The notes beneath the pieces are model-generated. The model searched no databases, was not told the origin of the DNA, and was given only the letters and a program-made list of their open reading frames with translations. From contig NC_090387.1 of assembly GCF_036365525.1 (NCBI RefSeq), positions 76,383,300 through 76,447,299 on the forward strand: a DNA stretch of 64,000 nt, written 5' to 3'. Below are positions 38,794-51,479 of this stretch, piece after piece; within the stretch, counting starts at the first letter, position 1; the number at the start of each line of letters is the position of its first letter. A program made the position numbers and the translations under genes. This DNA comes from Heterodontus francisci (lineage: Eukaryota).

Positions 38794-39165
38794 TATGAAT
38801 ATCTGTAGAACTGATTAACAGTGCTGCAGTTTAAACTAGGGTTTGAATTTTCTTTTGAATGCTGAGCGCGAACCGCAGCGGTAAATCTGTGAATCTCTGG
38901 AGAAATGCTTTTGATGGCGTTTAGCCTGCTCCTCCAGGGTTTCCGTCAATATTTGCCAAAGTTATTGCGGGAAATCGATAGAAATCTCCGCAGAAAATCC
39001 AACCAGTCAATTTAACGTCATTACTATCGAATGGCGGCATTGGTCGCATTGCATAAACTCCTGGCATCCGTCTTATTCATCAGCCATGTCTACAAATGCA
39101 ATGGAATTCATATCCAGTTGAGAAAGCGCATTTTTTAAATTTCAAATAGCTTTCGATTTATTGAA

Positions 39166-42100
39166 TTATGAAAGTGTTTGGGCAACATTATCAGACAATT
39201 GATGAGAAACCATTGCATTCATTTTAGTGAGAGTGGTGCATTGAGCACATCTCGGATCACAGAGCGACTGTCTGCCGATGTCCTCAGTGTGCAGCTTGCA
39301 TTCTGGAATGGGGAGGTGTGTGCGTGAGGGGTCAGGGTTACTGCTCCACATCCCAGCATTTAATATGTATCTTTATGCACTGGTATAATTGCGCAGATGA
39401 GGAGGACCAGTAGGATAAGTTCAACACTCCTTGGAAAAGGCGGGTCATTAAAGAAGTCCTCAGAGGAGGTTCCAAGGAAATCATTGATCCGAGCCCCAAA
39501 GAAAGACTCATTGATCCAGTCCTTAGACGAGATCCACTGATCAGGTAACGGAGGAAGTCACTAATCAGATCCCCCCATAAAGGGGGAATTAAACTCCTAA
39601 AGGAGATTTATTCATCAACGCCTTTGAGAAGAGTCATTGACCAAGTCTCGAGAGGACAGTGCCCAGAAAATATGTTACTTCTATCGCTCAAACAAGTACC
39701 CCAGGGCAGAGAATACTAACAAAAAAAGTAAAGGAAGCATGGGGCAATGGCATAATATGGGCGATATTGAATTGGCCGTCCCGATACACCATCCCGATTT
39801 TTATTTATTTCAATGGAAAGGAAAATCAGGCGCGTCGAATTCAGTATCAACTGGTTCACAGCATCGTCCAAAGTTAGAATTACTTCCATAGACTCTAAAG
39901 ACCGTTGGATTTTAACTGGAAACAATTTCATTTCCCATAATCTTGCCGCTGATACCAAGGAATTAAATAATCCCTTTGCTTAATATACATTGCACTGAAA
40001 ATCTTTTATTGAATAGACGCAATCATGATACAAACAGAAGGAACAGATTTCAATAAAAAGCTGGCACATGACATGATGGATTGGATTTTCCACATGCTGC
40101 CCAGACGGTTTATATAACAACGGCTGATTCGTAATGCCAGTTTAGCCCTGAGTGGCTAATTGAAAATCGATCTCACATCCTCCATGATAAAGTCAATACC
40201 CTCAATATAATGTACAATGCAAGTATTAATTTAAACACAACTGGGCTCAAGTTTTCTTGCATCTAAAATCTTCATTAGAAATTTATGTTGTTTTGAACAG
40301 GCCAAAGCTTATTCACAGTAAACGCATTGAAACCTTTTCCTTTGAGGAGAACATGAGTCGATGTGCGATCGTGAAAAACAGCTGATAACAAGGTAGCAGC
40401 CCGTGTTACAGTTCACCGAATATTTATTGCCATTGATTTCAATAGGGAGAGATGTCGATCAGACTGCCAACTCGCTATCACCCTTTTAAAAGATCTACCC
40501 CGGTATTCCTTGTTTTTATTAATTCAATCACAACTGATATCCAGGTTGAATGCCATCGTTATTAAATGTTTATTTCTGTGATTTTAAGCAGAAGCTCAGC
40601 TCCCAAAGTTTGCAAAAAATGTAAATGTTACGATAAAATCAAAATTGTAATATTTGTAATGCAGCCCGTGGAAGCTGACAGTACAACAATTTTATCTAGT
40701 TACCCACAGCCACAGGAAACATGGGGCTAGATCTTGCCTTTTTACGAAAGGGCAAAATGGATGATAGTGAGTCTGCAGCCCGTTTTACATTGCTCCCCAT
40801 TTTTATTCCCATTGACCTGTACCCCCATTGAAATAAAACTCAGGAGAGATGTAAAAGGTGATGCCAACGCACTATCATCCATTTTACGCTATCGCACAAA
40901 GTAAAAAATCTACCCCCATCGTACGTCGGTAATCAAAACCCGTACAGAAAATCAGTCTTACAATTTTCTTGGAGACAATGAAATCTTCCGCACAGTTTGT
41001 CATATTCCAGTCAGTTGTTTCCTGCGTAAGCTGCTATCGAAGCACATCACTCGGTACTGGCGAAAGAAAAACAAAATACTGCAGAAGTTGGAAATCTGAA
41101 ACAATTACATAAAGCGCTTGAAATACTCAGAAGGTCAGGCAACATCTGTGGAGGGAGTTACTGGCGCTTGATTGAATTACTCATAACATTGATCAATTAC
41201 TACTTGCTCCCAGCCCCACCAATCTTCCCCGTCCTTTCCCAAATGTACCGATAAGCGTCAATTCAATGTCCGCAGTACACTCTCTGAGATCTTGCCCAAG
41301 TGGAAAACTTGCAAGGGCAAGTCTGGACAGGAAGGGGTATAAAGTTCAAAAGAGGCGAGAGCGAATCATTTTTGAATTCTACCTGATTCGCTTTTCCACA
41401 ATGAATATAACAAATCGGACAGAACTAAAAACGGGCCACCGATTCGCGATGGCCCGAATCATGTTGCTGTCCCTGTGTTCGGAGGATTTCAGACTCAAGA
41501 GAGGGGTACATCACAGCCAAACATATTTTACACTCCACACATGAAATCTTTCCGAAGGAATCACTGGATAGGGATCGAGCTTTTGACCTAGCTGATTCCA
41601 TCCTTCCTCGTCAAGAACGACCGAATAGGAATCTACTCCCTCCCCACCTGCAAAATTATCTCATTAAACATGGTCCTGGGATGGAATCTGAGACCTTCCT
41701 ACTCTGTGCCTACTGCCTTTGACAACAGGGCTATCGGGTATACGCTGTGTCTAACCAGAAACAGATTGGGAAATGCATTTGTTTGAACCTTTAACCAGGT
41801 TATCCCCTGTCGAATAATAGGATCATCAGCGCAATTCATTTTGCCGGTAGCACGGTTAAATCAGACTCCAATTCAACTTTCAGGTTATCAATAAACAAAC
41901 ATCTGGTAGATTGATTCTATCGATCTTTGCGGACTCCTTTTCTGGGCACCCAGGCCTAAACGTAAAATCTGGTTCTGAATATTTTACTGAATTGCTCAAT
42001 ATGTATTGACCAAGCTGAACAGTCCGGATAACACACCGTGCGGAGGGAGGTATCTGCTCTCGCTTGGTGTAGCCAAATCACGAACACTATTTAACAAAAA

Positions 42101-43626
42101 ATTATTTACAATATCACCAAACAAGCATCAGAACAATTCTTCCTCATTTGAAGCAATTTGAGTGCTAGGTGTAGCTCAATTGATAGTACTCTGTTTCTGT
42201 GGTCGATGGCTGTAAGTTCAGATCAGGCTCCAGGACTGGAATACACAAATCTAAGCTGACACTCCATGCAGTAGTGAGGGCTGCTGCACTGTGGGAGATG
42301 CCGTCTTTCGGATGAAATATTAAACGGAGGCCCTTCTGCTCTCTCAGGTGGATGTAACAGATCCCATGGTACTATTTTGGAGAAGAGCAGGGGAGTAATC
42401 CCTGGTGTCCTGGCCAATATTTATCCCACCAAACAGATTGCCTCGTCATTATCACATTGCTGTTTGTGGGATCTTGCTGCGCGAAAATTGGTTGCCGCCT
42501 TTCCTACATTACAAAAGTGACTACACTTTCAATGTACGTCATTGGCTGCAGAGGGCCTTAAAAGTCCTGTTGTCGTGAAAGGCACGATATAAATGCCAGT
42601 TCTTCACAAAATTGTTTTGAAACAATAATTGGTCCTCTAACCATGCGGTTGACCATTACTCCCCTTTCAGAGAGGCTGAAGTGTCCCAGATATTTAAGGG
42701 AAAGCTAGATAAACATATGAGGGAGAAAGGAATAGAAGGTTATGCTGATAGGGTTAGATGAAGAGAAGTGGATGGAGGTGTGGAGCACAAACACCAGCAT
42801 AGACCATTTGGTTTGAATGGCCTGCTTCTGTGCTGTACATTCTATGTATCCTGTCATCTATCTAAAATTCCGAAATGAGCTTACACTGAAATCATTTTTT
42901 AAAAACTACAGAAATAAACTGCAAGAAAGTCAAATTAATTTTGTGCCTGGGAAACAGTTTCCAAGGTCAATTAACTTATAGTTAGCAATTTGTTGTTGGG
43001 CTCTGAAGAACATTTAATTCACTTTCAAGTTCTAAGGCACAGTGGCACAGTGGTTAGCACCGCAGCCTCACAGCTCCAGCGACCCGGGTTCAATTCTGGG
43101 GACTGCCTGTGTGGAGTTTGCAAGTTTTCCCTGTATCTGCGTGGGTTTTCTCCGGGTGCTCCGGTTTCCTCCCACAAGCCAAAAGACTTGCAGGTTGGTA
43201 GGTAAGTTGGCCATTATAAATTGCCCCTAAAATAGGTAGGTGGTAGGGAAATATAGGGACAGGTGGGGATGTGGTAGGAATATGGGATTAGTATAAATGG
43301 GTGGTTGATGGTCGGCACAGACTCGGTGGGCCGAAGGGCCTGTTTCAGTGCTGTATCTCTAAACTAAACTTAATAACTGGGGAAAATTTCCTCTGGTTGC
43401 TTTTTCTAGTGAAATCTTAAATGGGTTCTTTTAAAGCACTGCCACTATTTTCCTCGAACATGGAAATCCTCCAAACAACTTCGCTACAGAGGAGATCAGA
43501 GTCCTTTGTGAGGAGATATAAATGACAAAACTTTGGAACAGCTATTGCCTCAAATAATATCCGATTACTTACAATGTGTACATTGTGGGCAAATATCCAT
43601 CTTCAAAGAACATTCATTATCATCTC
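39166..43626 (-). pseudogene. IgSF pseudogene B, candidate cytoplasmic exons (43573-43626, 40962-41033, 39166-39302)
   Basis: AG/GT-bounded phase 1/1 segments of 54 and 72 nt (the second reads AYAGNN*LEYDKLCGRFHCLQEN) and a terminal open segment. All three are also present in copy 1. Confidence 0.4.
43036..43370 (+). mobile_element. HE1-like tRNA-derived V-SINE, full length
   Basis: A box tggcacagtgg, B box ggttcaattc, V-domain gtgtggagtttgca...ggtgctccggtttcctcccaca, and a CR1-derived 3' tail. Confidence 0.88.
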
Positions 43627-43717
43627 CTAACGGTTAACGCGACCTTATTTACTGGTTTACAATAATGATTTGATCTGTAAAATGGCGATGCACCCTGGTA
43701 TTAAACGGAATTCCCAC

Positions 43718-43830
43718 CTTTGACAGTACCCCGCTTAAGTTAATTCCTCACGATGATATCAGCACCATTACCATCAAGACACCCATTAACCGCCGGGACA
43801 ACAAAAAGAGGGTAGCGACGTTAGCAGCAC
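43718..43830 (-). pseudogene. IgSF pseudogene B, TM exon (copy 2)
   Basis: Acceptor ctctgtgtttgtag|GT GCT GCT; GAANVATLFLLSRRLMGVLMVMVL then a frameshift and IVRN*; donor AAAG|gtggga. Same exon start (GT GCT) and similar size as the gene A TM exon. Confidence 0.65.
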
Positions 43831-44139
43831 CTACAAACACAGAGTAACGGAGATATAAGATCGAAGGGCGTTAATGTCAATCAAACCAGCAAGAAACCCC
43901 AGGAATACACGAAATCAGAACTAATCGTGCAAAGGTCATTTAATATAAATACAAATAATGTTTTTAAAAATATTCAAATAAAATGCCAACAAAAAAAAGG
44001 TTCACAATCTGACCAATAAATCCTCAACGTAATAAACGAATGCATTAACATCAAATGCTGACACGTGTTCACAAACGTGTGCTGGTATTAAGAAAAACGA
44101 TAAACGAGCGAACGTTTCTGAAAAATAAATTGACGATAC

Positions 44140-44336
44140 CTTCAAAGTTGTAATTGACATCGGCTGGAGTCTGAAGAGAGACATGAGACACTTGGCAGCT
44201 GTATGTAGAGCCACTGTGGGATGGTGCCGTATCTTTTAAAATTCTGGAACTCTCATGCAGTTTGCTGTTTAGTAGTATTGACCCCGGTTCCAATTTTTGC
44301 ATTATTCTTATACCAAGTCACATTGAGATCTTCAGG
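44140..44336 (-). pseudogene. IgSF pseudogene B, 5'-truncated C1 exon (duplicate copy 2)
   Basis: PEDLNVTW...DTAPSHSGSTYSCQVSHVSLQTPADVNYNFEG|gtatcg. The 5' part and acceptor were removed by a ~610 bp deletion relative to copy 1. Confidence 0.85.
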
Positions 44337-46700
44337 TGAAAGAGAAGTCATGTTTAAACAATTTATTGGAGTTCTTTGAAGAATTAACATGTGCTGCAGA
44401 TAAAGGTGGATGTACTGAACTTATTTTCCAAAAGGCATTTGATAAGGAGCCACATCAAAGGTTATTGTGGTAAATAAAGCCTGATGGTGGAGGGAATAAC
44501 ATATTGGCATGGATCGAAGATTGGTGTGCGAACAGGAAAAAGAGAATAGGCAGAAATCGGTCATTTTCTGGTTAGCAAGATGTAACTAGCGGTGTGCCAC
44601 AGGATCAGTGCTGGGGCCTCAACCAATGCAATTTATATAAATGACTTGGATGAAGGGACCAAAGGTATGGTTGCAAAATTTTCTGATGACACAAAGATAG
44701 ATAGGAAAGTAAGTCATGAAGTGGTATAAGGTGGCGACAAATGGATAGGTTACATGATTGGGCAAAGGTCTGGCAAATGGAGCATGATGTGGGAAAATGT
44801 GAAACTGTCCATTTTAGCAGGAAGAGTAAAAAAGAAGCATATTATCTAAATGGTAAGAGATTGCAGAACTCTGAGATGCAGAGGGATCTGGGTGTCCTAG
44901 TGTATGAATCACAAAAGGTTAGCATGCAGGTTCAACAAGTAATTGGGAAAGCCAATAGCATGTTATTGTTTATTGCGAGGGAATTGAATACAAAAGTAGG
45001 GAGGCTCTGCTTCAGTTTTACAGGGATTTGGTGAAACCACATCTGGAGTACTGTCTACAGTATTGGTCTCCTTAATTAAGGAAGGATGTAAATGTTTTGG
45101 AAACAGTTCAGAGAAGGTTTGCTAGACTAATACCTGGAATGGGCGGCTTGTCTTATGAGGAAAGATTGGACAGGCTAGGCTTGTCTCCGCTGTAGTTGAG
45201 GAGAGGTGAGCTGGCAAGATGGATACAGAACTGGCTTGGTCATAGAAGAAAGAGGGTATCAGTGGCTGGGTGTTTTTCTGAATGGAGGGATGTGACTAGT
45301 GGTGTTCCGCAGGGATCAGTGCTGGGTCCTTTGCTGTTTGTAGTATATATAAATGATTTGGAGGAAAATGTAGCTGGTCTGATTAGTAAGTTTCTGGACG
45401 ACACAAAGGTTGGTGGAGTTGCGGATAATGATGAGGATTGTCAAAGGATACAGCAGGATATAGATCGGTTGGAGACTTGGGGTAGAAATGTCAGCTGAAG
45501 TTTAATCTGGTCAAATGTGAGGTAATGCATTTTGGAAGGTCTAATGCAAGTGGGAGGTATACAGTAAATGGCAGAACCCTTAGGAGTATTGACGGGCAGA
45601 GAGATCTGGGCGTACAGGTCCACAGGTCACTGAAAGTGGCAACGCAGGTGGATAAGGTAGTCAAGAAGGCATACGGCATGCTTGCCTTCATCGGTTGGGG
45701 CATAGAGTATAAAAATTGGCAAGTCATGTTGCAGCTGTACAGAACCTTAGTTAGGCCACACTTAGAATATTGCGTGCAATTTTGGTCGCCACACTACCAG
45801 CAGGATGTGGAGGCTTTGGAGAGGGTACAGAGTAAGATTACCAGGAGGTTGCCTGATCTGGAGGGCATTAGCTATGAGGAGAGGTTGGATAAACTCGGAT
45901 TGTTTTCACTGGAACTACGGAGGTGGAGGGGCGACATGATAGAGGTTTACAAAGTTATGAGCGGCATGGACAGAGTGGATAGTCAGAAGCTTTTTCCCAG
46001 GGTGGAAGAGTCAGTTACTAGGGGACATAGGTTTAATGTGCGAGGGGCCAAGTTTAGAGGGGATGTGCGAGGCAATTTTTTTACACAGAGGGTGGTGAGT
46101 GCCTGGAACTTGCTGCTGGGGGAGGTGGTGGAAGCAGATACGATAGCAACGTTTAAGAGACATCTTGACAAATACATGAATAGGAAGGGAATAGAGGGAT
46201 ATGGGTCCCGGAAGTGCAGAAGGTGTTAGTTTAGGCAGGCATCAAGATCGGCGCAGGCTTGGAGGGCCGAATGACCTGTTCCTGTGCTGTAGTGTTCTTA
46301 GTTCTTTGTTCTTTGAGAGTAAGAGGCGACTTGACTAAAACGTATAAGATCTTGAGGACTCTTGACAGGGTGAATGTGGAAAGGATGTTTCCCGTTGTGG
46401 GAAAATCTAGAATTAGGGGTCACTGTTTAAAAGTAAGGGATCATTCATTTAAGACAGAGATGAGGAGAATTTCTTTCTCTGAGGGTCATGAACTCTCTTT
46501 CTCAAAAGGCAGTGGAATAAGAGACTTTAAATATTTTAAGGCAGAGGTAGGTAGATTCTTGATAAGCAAGGGGGTTAAAGGTTATCGGGGGTGTAGAGTC
46601 GAGGTTACAATCTAATCAGCCATGATCTTATTGAATGGCGCAGCAGGCTTGAGGGGTCGATTGGCCTACTCATGCTGCTAATTCGTATATTCGTATGTAT
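44337..46700 (+). mobile_element. CR1 LINE with a younger CR1 nested at 45201-46312
   Basis: The host ORF2 is interrupted and resumes at RVRGDLTKTYKIL. The insert has its own RT region, 3' UTR and (ttctttg)n-like tail, flanked by a ttgag TSD. Confidence 0.9.
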
Positions 46701-47895
46701 GTTCTATACCCAATTCCCTCTTGCAAATTTCTATTGAATCTGCTTGCTTCCAGATCGTGATTTCCAGATCACAGCAGTTCTGATGAAAGGTCACAGATCT
46801 GCAACGTTAACTCTGCTTCTCTCTCCACAGATGGTGCCAAACCTGCTGAGTATTTCCATCACTTTTTGTTTTTTATTTCAGATTTCCAGCATTTGCAGTA
46901 TATTGCTTTTATTATCCAGATCACAGCAGCCTGCCATGTAAAACAATTTCTCCTCCCCTCCCCTCTTGTTCTTTTGCCAATTATCTTAAATCTGGGTCCT
47001 CTAGTTATCAAATCATAGTTATCTGGTTGTAGATTCATGTGTCTTTGCAGCGCAGGAATCCATTTGGCTCAGTGTGCTGGTGTCGGCTCTGAAAGAGCAA
47101 TCCAGTTAGTCTCATTGACATATTCATACTCCCTTCAGCCCTTTAGGTATTCCCATCAGAACAGTTAAGCTGCTTATTTCTGTTTGAAACATTCCATTCG
47201 TTTCCAAACATCAATTCCCGATGATCCGCCGTAACCTCAGTGGAAGAGCTGCGGGATCTGAAGAAACAGGAAATTCCCGAGGGTTTTCAGAGAATCCCCA
47301 TGTCATGTTGAGAGTAACCTTTGACCGCTTTGCGCATGACATAGTAAACATATTCACAAAGGTTTCTTCCAATAAAGTTGTATTGAGCAATCCAAAGTTC
47401 CTCCACAGTAGAAATTCCCTCTTTGCCATTTCCAGCAAAATTGTAGGAGTTTTTTGAAGAAATATTTGGCCAGAGACAAGAGGAAATCTTCCATCCAGAA
47501 ATCAGCCCATAATTAGCACACATCGGAAACCGGGCTAGAGTCAGTCGGCGGTCTCTCTTACATATAACCTATTTTTATTCCCATTGAAGTTGGAACTACC
47601 AGCTTGCTATCAATTGTTCTACATTATCTACACATTGCCGCTGCAGGGGGGAGGTTTCATCCCTTGCACTATGTAAGGAAATTGTTAATCTTTAAACAAA
47701 AACTGATTACATTGCACAAAACATACGCAGAAAAGCTTCCCTTAAATCGACAATCTCAGCTCTCGAGTCGCTTGATGCTGACAGTGGATATAAAAACCTG
47801 GGCCGGTGTCCCATTCCCGCACGCTTTTCTACCTCTTTGGCACTTTACCTGTTGCATAACTGACACTTGGAACACCATCATCACCGGCGACTTAC

Positions 47896-48223
47896 CGGCC
47901 ACAAGGAGCTCTGAGCCGGTTCCATTCCCAAACAGTCCTCTCCGACAGTACACGGAGCAGGAATAGCGGCCAGAATCTTTGAAGCTTACACTCAAGAGAT
48001 GGATGGAGGCTCCTCCTTTTTTTCAGATGTTTATACTGTCTCTTGCAGGCTTCTCCGTCGTCCAAGAACTCGTCATCACCATGTCGCCATCAGTGAAGCT
48101 TTACATCTGATTCCTCTTAAAAGACGGAGAATGTGCAGTAGAAGATGACGTTTGCTCCTCTGAGCGCAACTTTGTGTGGAGAAATGTGGCCGAATGTGGA
48201 TTCCTCAACAATTATCAGAAACC
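47896..48223 (-). pseudogene. IgSF pseudogene B, V(J) exon
   Basis: GFLIIVEES...RGANVIFYCTFSVF*EESDVKLH*WRHG...KK(+1 frameshift in A7)GGASIHLLSVSFKDSGRYSC...FGNGTGSELLVA|gtaagt. Two stops, one frameshift, and an acceptor reading ttg instead of tag. Clearly paralogous to the V exon at 24325-24627. Confidence 0.9.
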
Positions 48224-48389
48224 CAATGGAAACATAAAAATAAACATCTCATTGTACGGATCAATGAAGATAGAAACAAGATAAAAAGCATAATGAAATT
48301 TAACAACGATAAACCGAGAATGGCGATAAATTCACCGATCAAATAATATCACTCTCCAAACATTGTTCTTATCTCTTTCTTGTAAATAC

Positions 48390-48429
48390 CGGTGTGTGTA
48401 CTCCCCAGGATCAGTATACATGGAAGCAT
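48390..48429 (-). pseudogene. Candidate leader exon of IgSF pseudogene B
   Basis: ATG CTT CCA TGT ATA CTG ATC CTG GGG AGT ACA CAC ACC G|gtattt = MLPCILILGSTHT, phase 1, about 170 bp upstream of the pseudo-V exon and in frame with it. Confidence 0.5.
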
Positions 48430-49609
48430 TTCGTACAATGGAAGTTGAATGAATGCAAGTAAATAAGGGACCTCTCATATTTTGGAGTGAGTGGGTTTGA
48501 AGCAGACCAGACGAGAAATATATAAGAGGTGGCAACATCACGTGTACAGTAATGGTTTCAATAAACCTGTGCATTTCCTTTAATACAGAAGCCTTGGATG
48601 ACAACGGCGGCCGAACCCGAAATCCTAATCTCTAGCCTCGATCCCTAACATTAGGCTCGATCAATCTACCCTCTCACCATAAACTATGATGCTAACCCTA
48701 TTCCTTATATCTAAACTGTCCGGTGTCTTTCGCGCCATGCATGGCCGGGTACTCGCCATTAATACAGGTTGGCTGAGGTCAACGGCAATTGTGTCGTGAT
48801 CATCGACAGAGGTCTGCTACTTTATCAACAGTTAATTCTTAAATGGATATTGGTGGAGGTCTGCGCAGGCATAGCATTTTGGGATACCGTATATGAGTAC
48901 TTTGAGACATGATATGTAGCGAGTGTCGCATGGTTGGGAGCAATTTCGACCTTTGGTTCCCAAACTCTCCACCACTGGAGTTTTCCTCCTGTCATTTCTG
49001 GGTCTGTTGTAGACTAATTAATGGAAATCGTTTGCTCTGATTAGTCAACAACCTTATTATCGTGTGGCCCCCCCAGGATGGTAGAATGGGAACTAGATGG
49101 ATAGCTAAAACCTGAAAACCCTCTTCTCCTACGTGAAGTGTTCGCTAGTGACATTAAGTCCAGATGAAACACGCTTGTTGGCTCTGTGCCACTGTTGGCA
49201 GATTCCAGTTTCATATTGGTACTTGAAACCTAGCTGCTCCATTTGTCTCACCATTGATGATTGTTACTTCTAAATGCAAACTGACAATGATAGGTCCTCA
49301 GTTCAGACCTTCACATTCTGGTTAAGTTGCTGTTAGGATCTGGTTTCAGCAGAGCCACAAGAATCAGTTTAACTAAAAATATCGAGTTTAAATTAAATGC
49401 AAAACTGTTATCAGGAGGGAGACTGGGGAAATGCAATGAGATAGAAAATTGTAGATTTATTGTTGATACTTGAGAACTCTTAATTGTAGGATGCAATTCT
49501 CCTTTGCCAAGTGAAAGTAATTTTGTCAGTTTCATTCAGAAATGTTGCAGGGCTGACTCTGGTGGGAAATAGGAATGTTGCTCATAAACGATGTTCCATT
49601 AACTTTAGA

Positions 49610-50343
49610 GCGAAGATCAAAGTACAGAAAGTCCTCACCAGGGAACTCCTCTTTGCTGACCATGCTGCATTAACATCCCACACAGAAGCGTTTCTGCAGA
49701 GACTCATCGACAGGATTGCGGCTGGCTGCCACGAATTTGGCCTAACCATCAGCCTCAAGAAAACGAACATTATGGGACAGGACGTCAGAAATGCTCCATC
49801 CATCAATCTGGCGACAATGCTCTGGATGTGGTTCAAGAGTTCACGTACCCAAGCTCAACTATCACCAGTAACCTGTCTCTCCATGCAGAAATCAACAAGC
49901 GCATGGGAAAGAGCCGCATTGAAGATGGCAGGATCCCCAAGGACGCACTGCACAGCGAGCTCGTCACTGGTATCAGACCCACCGGCCCTCCGTATCTCCG
50001 CTTTAAAGATGTCTGCAAACGCGACATGAAGTCCTGTGACTTTGACCACAAGTCGTGGGAGTCAGTTGCCAGTGATCGCCAGAGCTGGCGGACAGCCGTA
50101 AAGGCGGGGCTAAAGAGTGGAGAGTCCAAGAGACTTAGTAATTGGCAGGAAAAAAGACAGAATTGCAAGGAGAGAGCCAAATGTGTAACAGCGCCGACAA
50201 CCAATTTTATCTGCAGCGCCTGTGGAAGAGTCTGTTACTCTAGAATTGGCCTTTATAGCCACTCCGGGCGCTGCTCCGCAAACCACTGACCACCTCTATG
50301 CGCTTACCCATTGTCTCTCGAGACAAGGGGGCCCAAAGAAGAA
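49610..50343 (+). mobile_element. RTE-clade LINE, 5'-truncated with internal deletion
   Basis: RT motif LLFADHAAL, GLTISLKKT, DGRIPKDAL, C-terminal zinc finger CSACGRVCYSRIGLYSHSGRC, (GAA)n tail, and a 13-bp TSD cattaa[c/g]tttaga. Confidence 0.85.
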
Positions 50344-51479
50344 CATTAAGTTTAGAACTGTGACACTTTGATGGATCAGATTTGCGGAAGATTTACTTTG
50401 CCTCGAACTGGCGCATATGCATGTCAGCTGTGGCTCAGCTGGTAGCATTCTTATCTCTGAATTGTACAGTTCCCCGTTCACGTCCTATTTTAGGGTTTAA
50501 GTATAGTAATCAAGGCTGATACCGCAGGGCAGCACTGAAGAAACACTGCACTGTTTGGGGTGCGAGGATAAACTGAAGTCTCATGTGCTCAGGTGGATAC
50601 CAAAATAAGTTCCATAGCACTGCTTTGAAGATTAGTAATGTTCCCAGTGTTGTGGTAAGTCTTCATCCTTTAATCAACATCTCAAAAAACAGGTTATCTC
50701 ATCATTATCACATTGCAGTTTGTCGGACTTTGCCGTGTGTGCACAGACTGTTGTAATTCCAGCATTACAACAGTGACTGCACTTCAAAAAGTATTGGTTG
50801 TATTGGTCTATGAAATGTCCAGTGGTCATGAAAGGTGCTATATTAATGCATTTTTTTATCTTTTACATGACCTACCAGCGGTTATGAGGCATTTTACAGT
50901 GAGCGTCTTTGTTTGAGTTTTGTATTTGAGTTCAGAGTATTCAGAACCCATGATGAAAAGTGATCGACTTGAAACGTTAACTCTGCATCTCTCTCCACAG
51001 ATGCTGCCAGACCTGCTGAGTATTTCCAGCACTTTCTGTTATTACTGCTTAAAACCTATCTCTTTGACCAAATTGATGGTCACCTATCCTGTTATCTCCT
51101 ATGTGGCTTGGTGTCACAATCACTTGAGAACACTTCTGTGATGAGCCTTGGACTATTTTGCTTAGTTAAAGACACTATTTAAATGCGAGTTGTTGTTGCC
51201 AATATGCATAAAAATACATTCGAATTAGTCACGTTATTTAAAAACAGCTGCCACTTCTAAGCAGCTGATTCGTTGGCTATTTAATATATTCAATACGAAT
51301 TCTTTATATATTGTAATTAACCTCCTCTGTCATTGTGTACTAATGGTATGGACTCTGGGGCACATTTGTGATGTTTGTCTTGTCGCCTGATATCCCCTCA
51401 ATTCCGCTTCTCAGGTACTCCATAGAAGAGAATTAAATATATTCTGAGGTCAATCTGAGTTTAACTGCTGCTTGATGAG

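Larger units (their letters stand above)
30166..44870 (+). repeat. Segmental duplication, copy 2
   Basis: Direct-orientation counterpart of 243-15425 with copy-specific insertions and deletions. Confidence 0.95.

Noticed and set aside
43036-43105. tRNA gene
   Set aside because: The A/B boxes are the head of a V-SINE and continue into the SINE core and CR1-type tail.
45525-46229. 234-aa ORF as a host gene
   Set aside because: It is the CR1 ORF2 C-terminus. The same applies to 29980-30462, 51797-52207 and their antisense ORFs.
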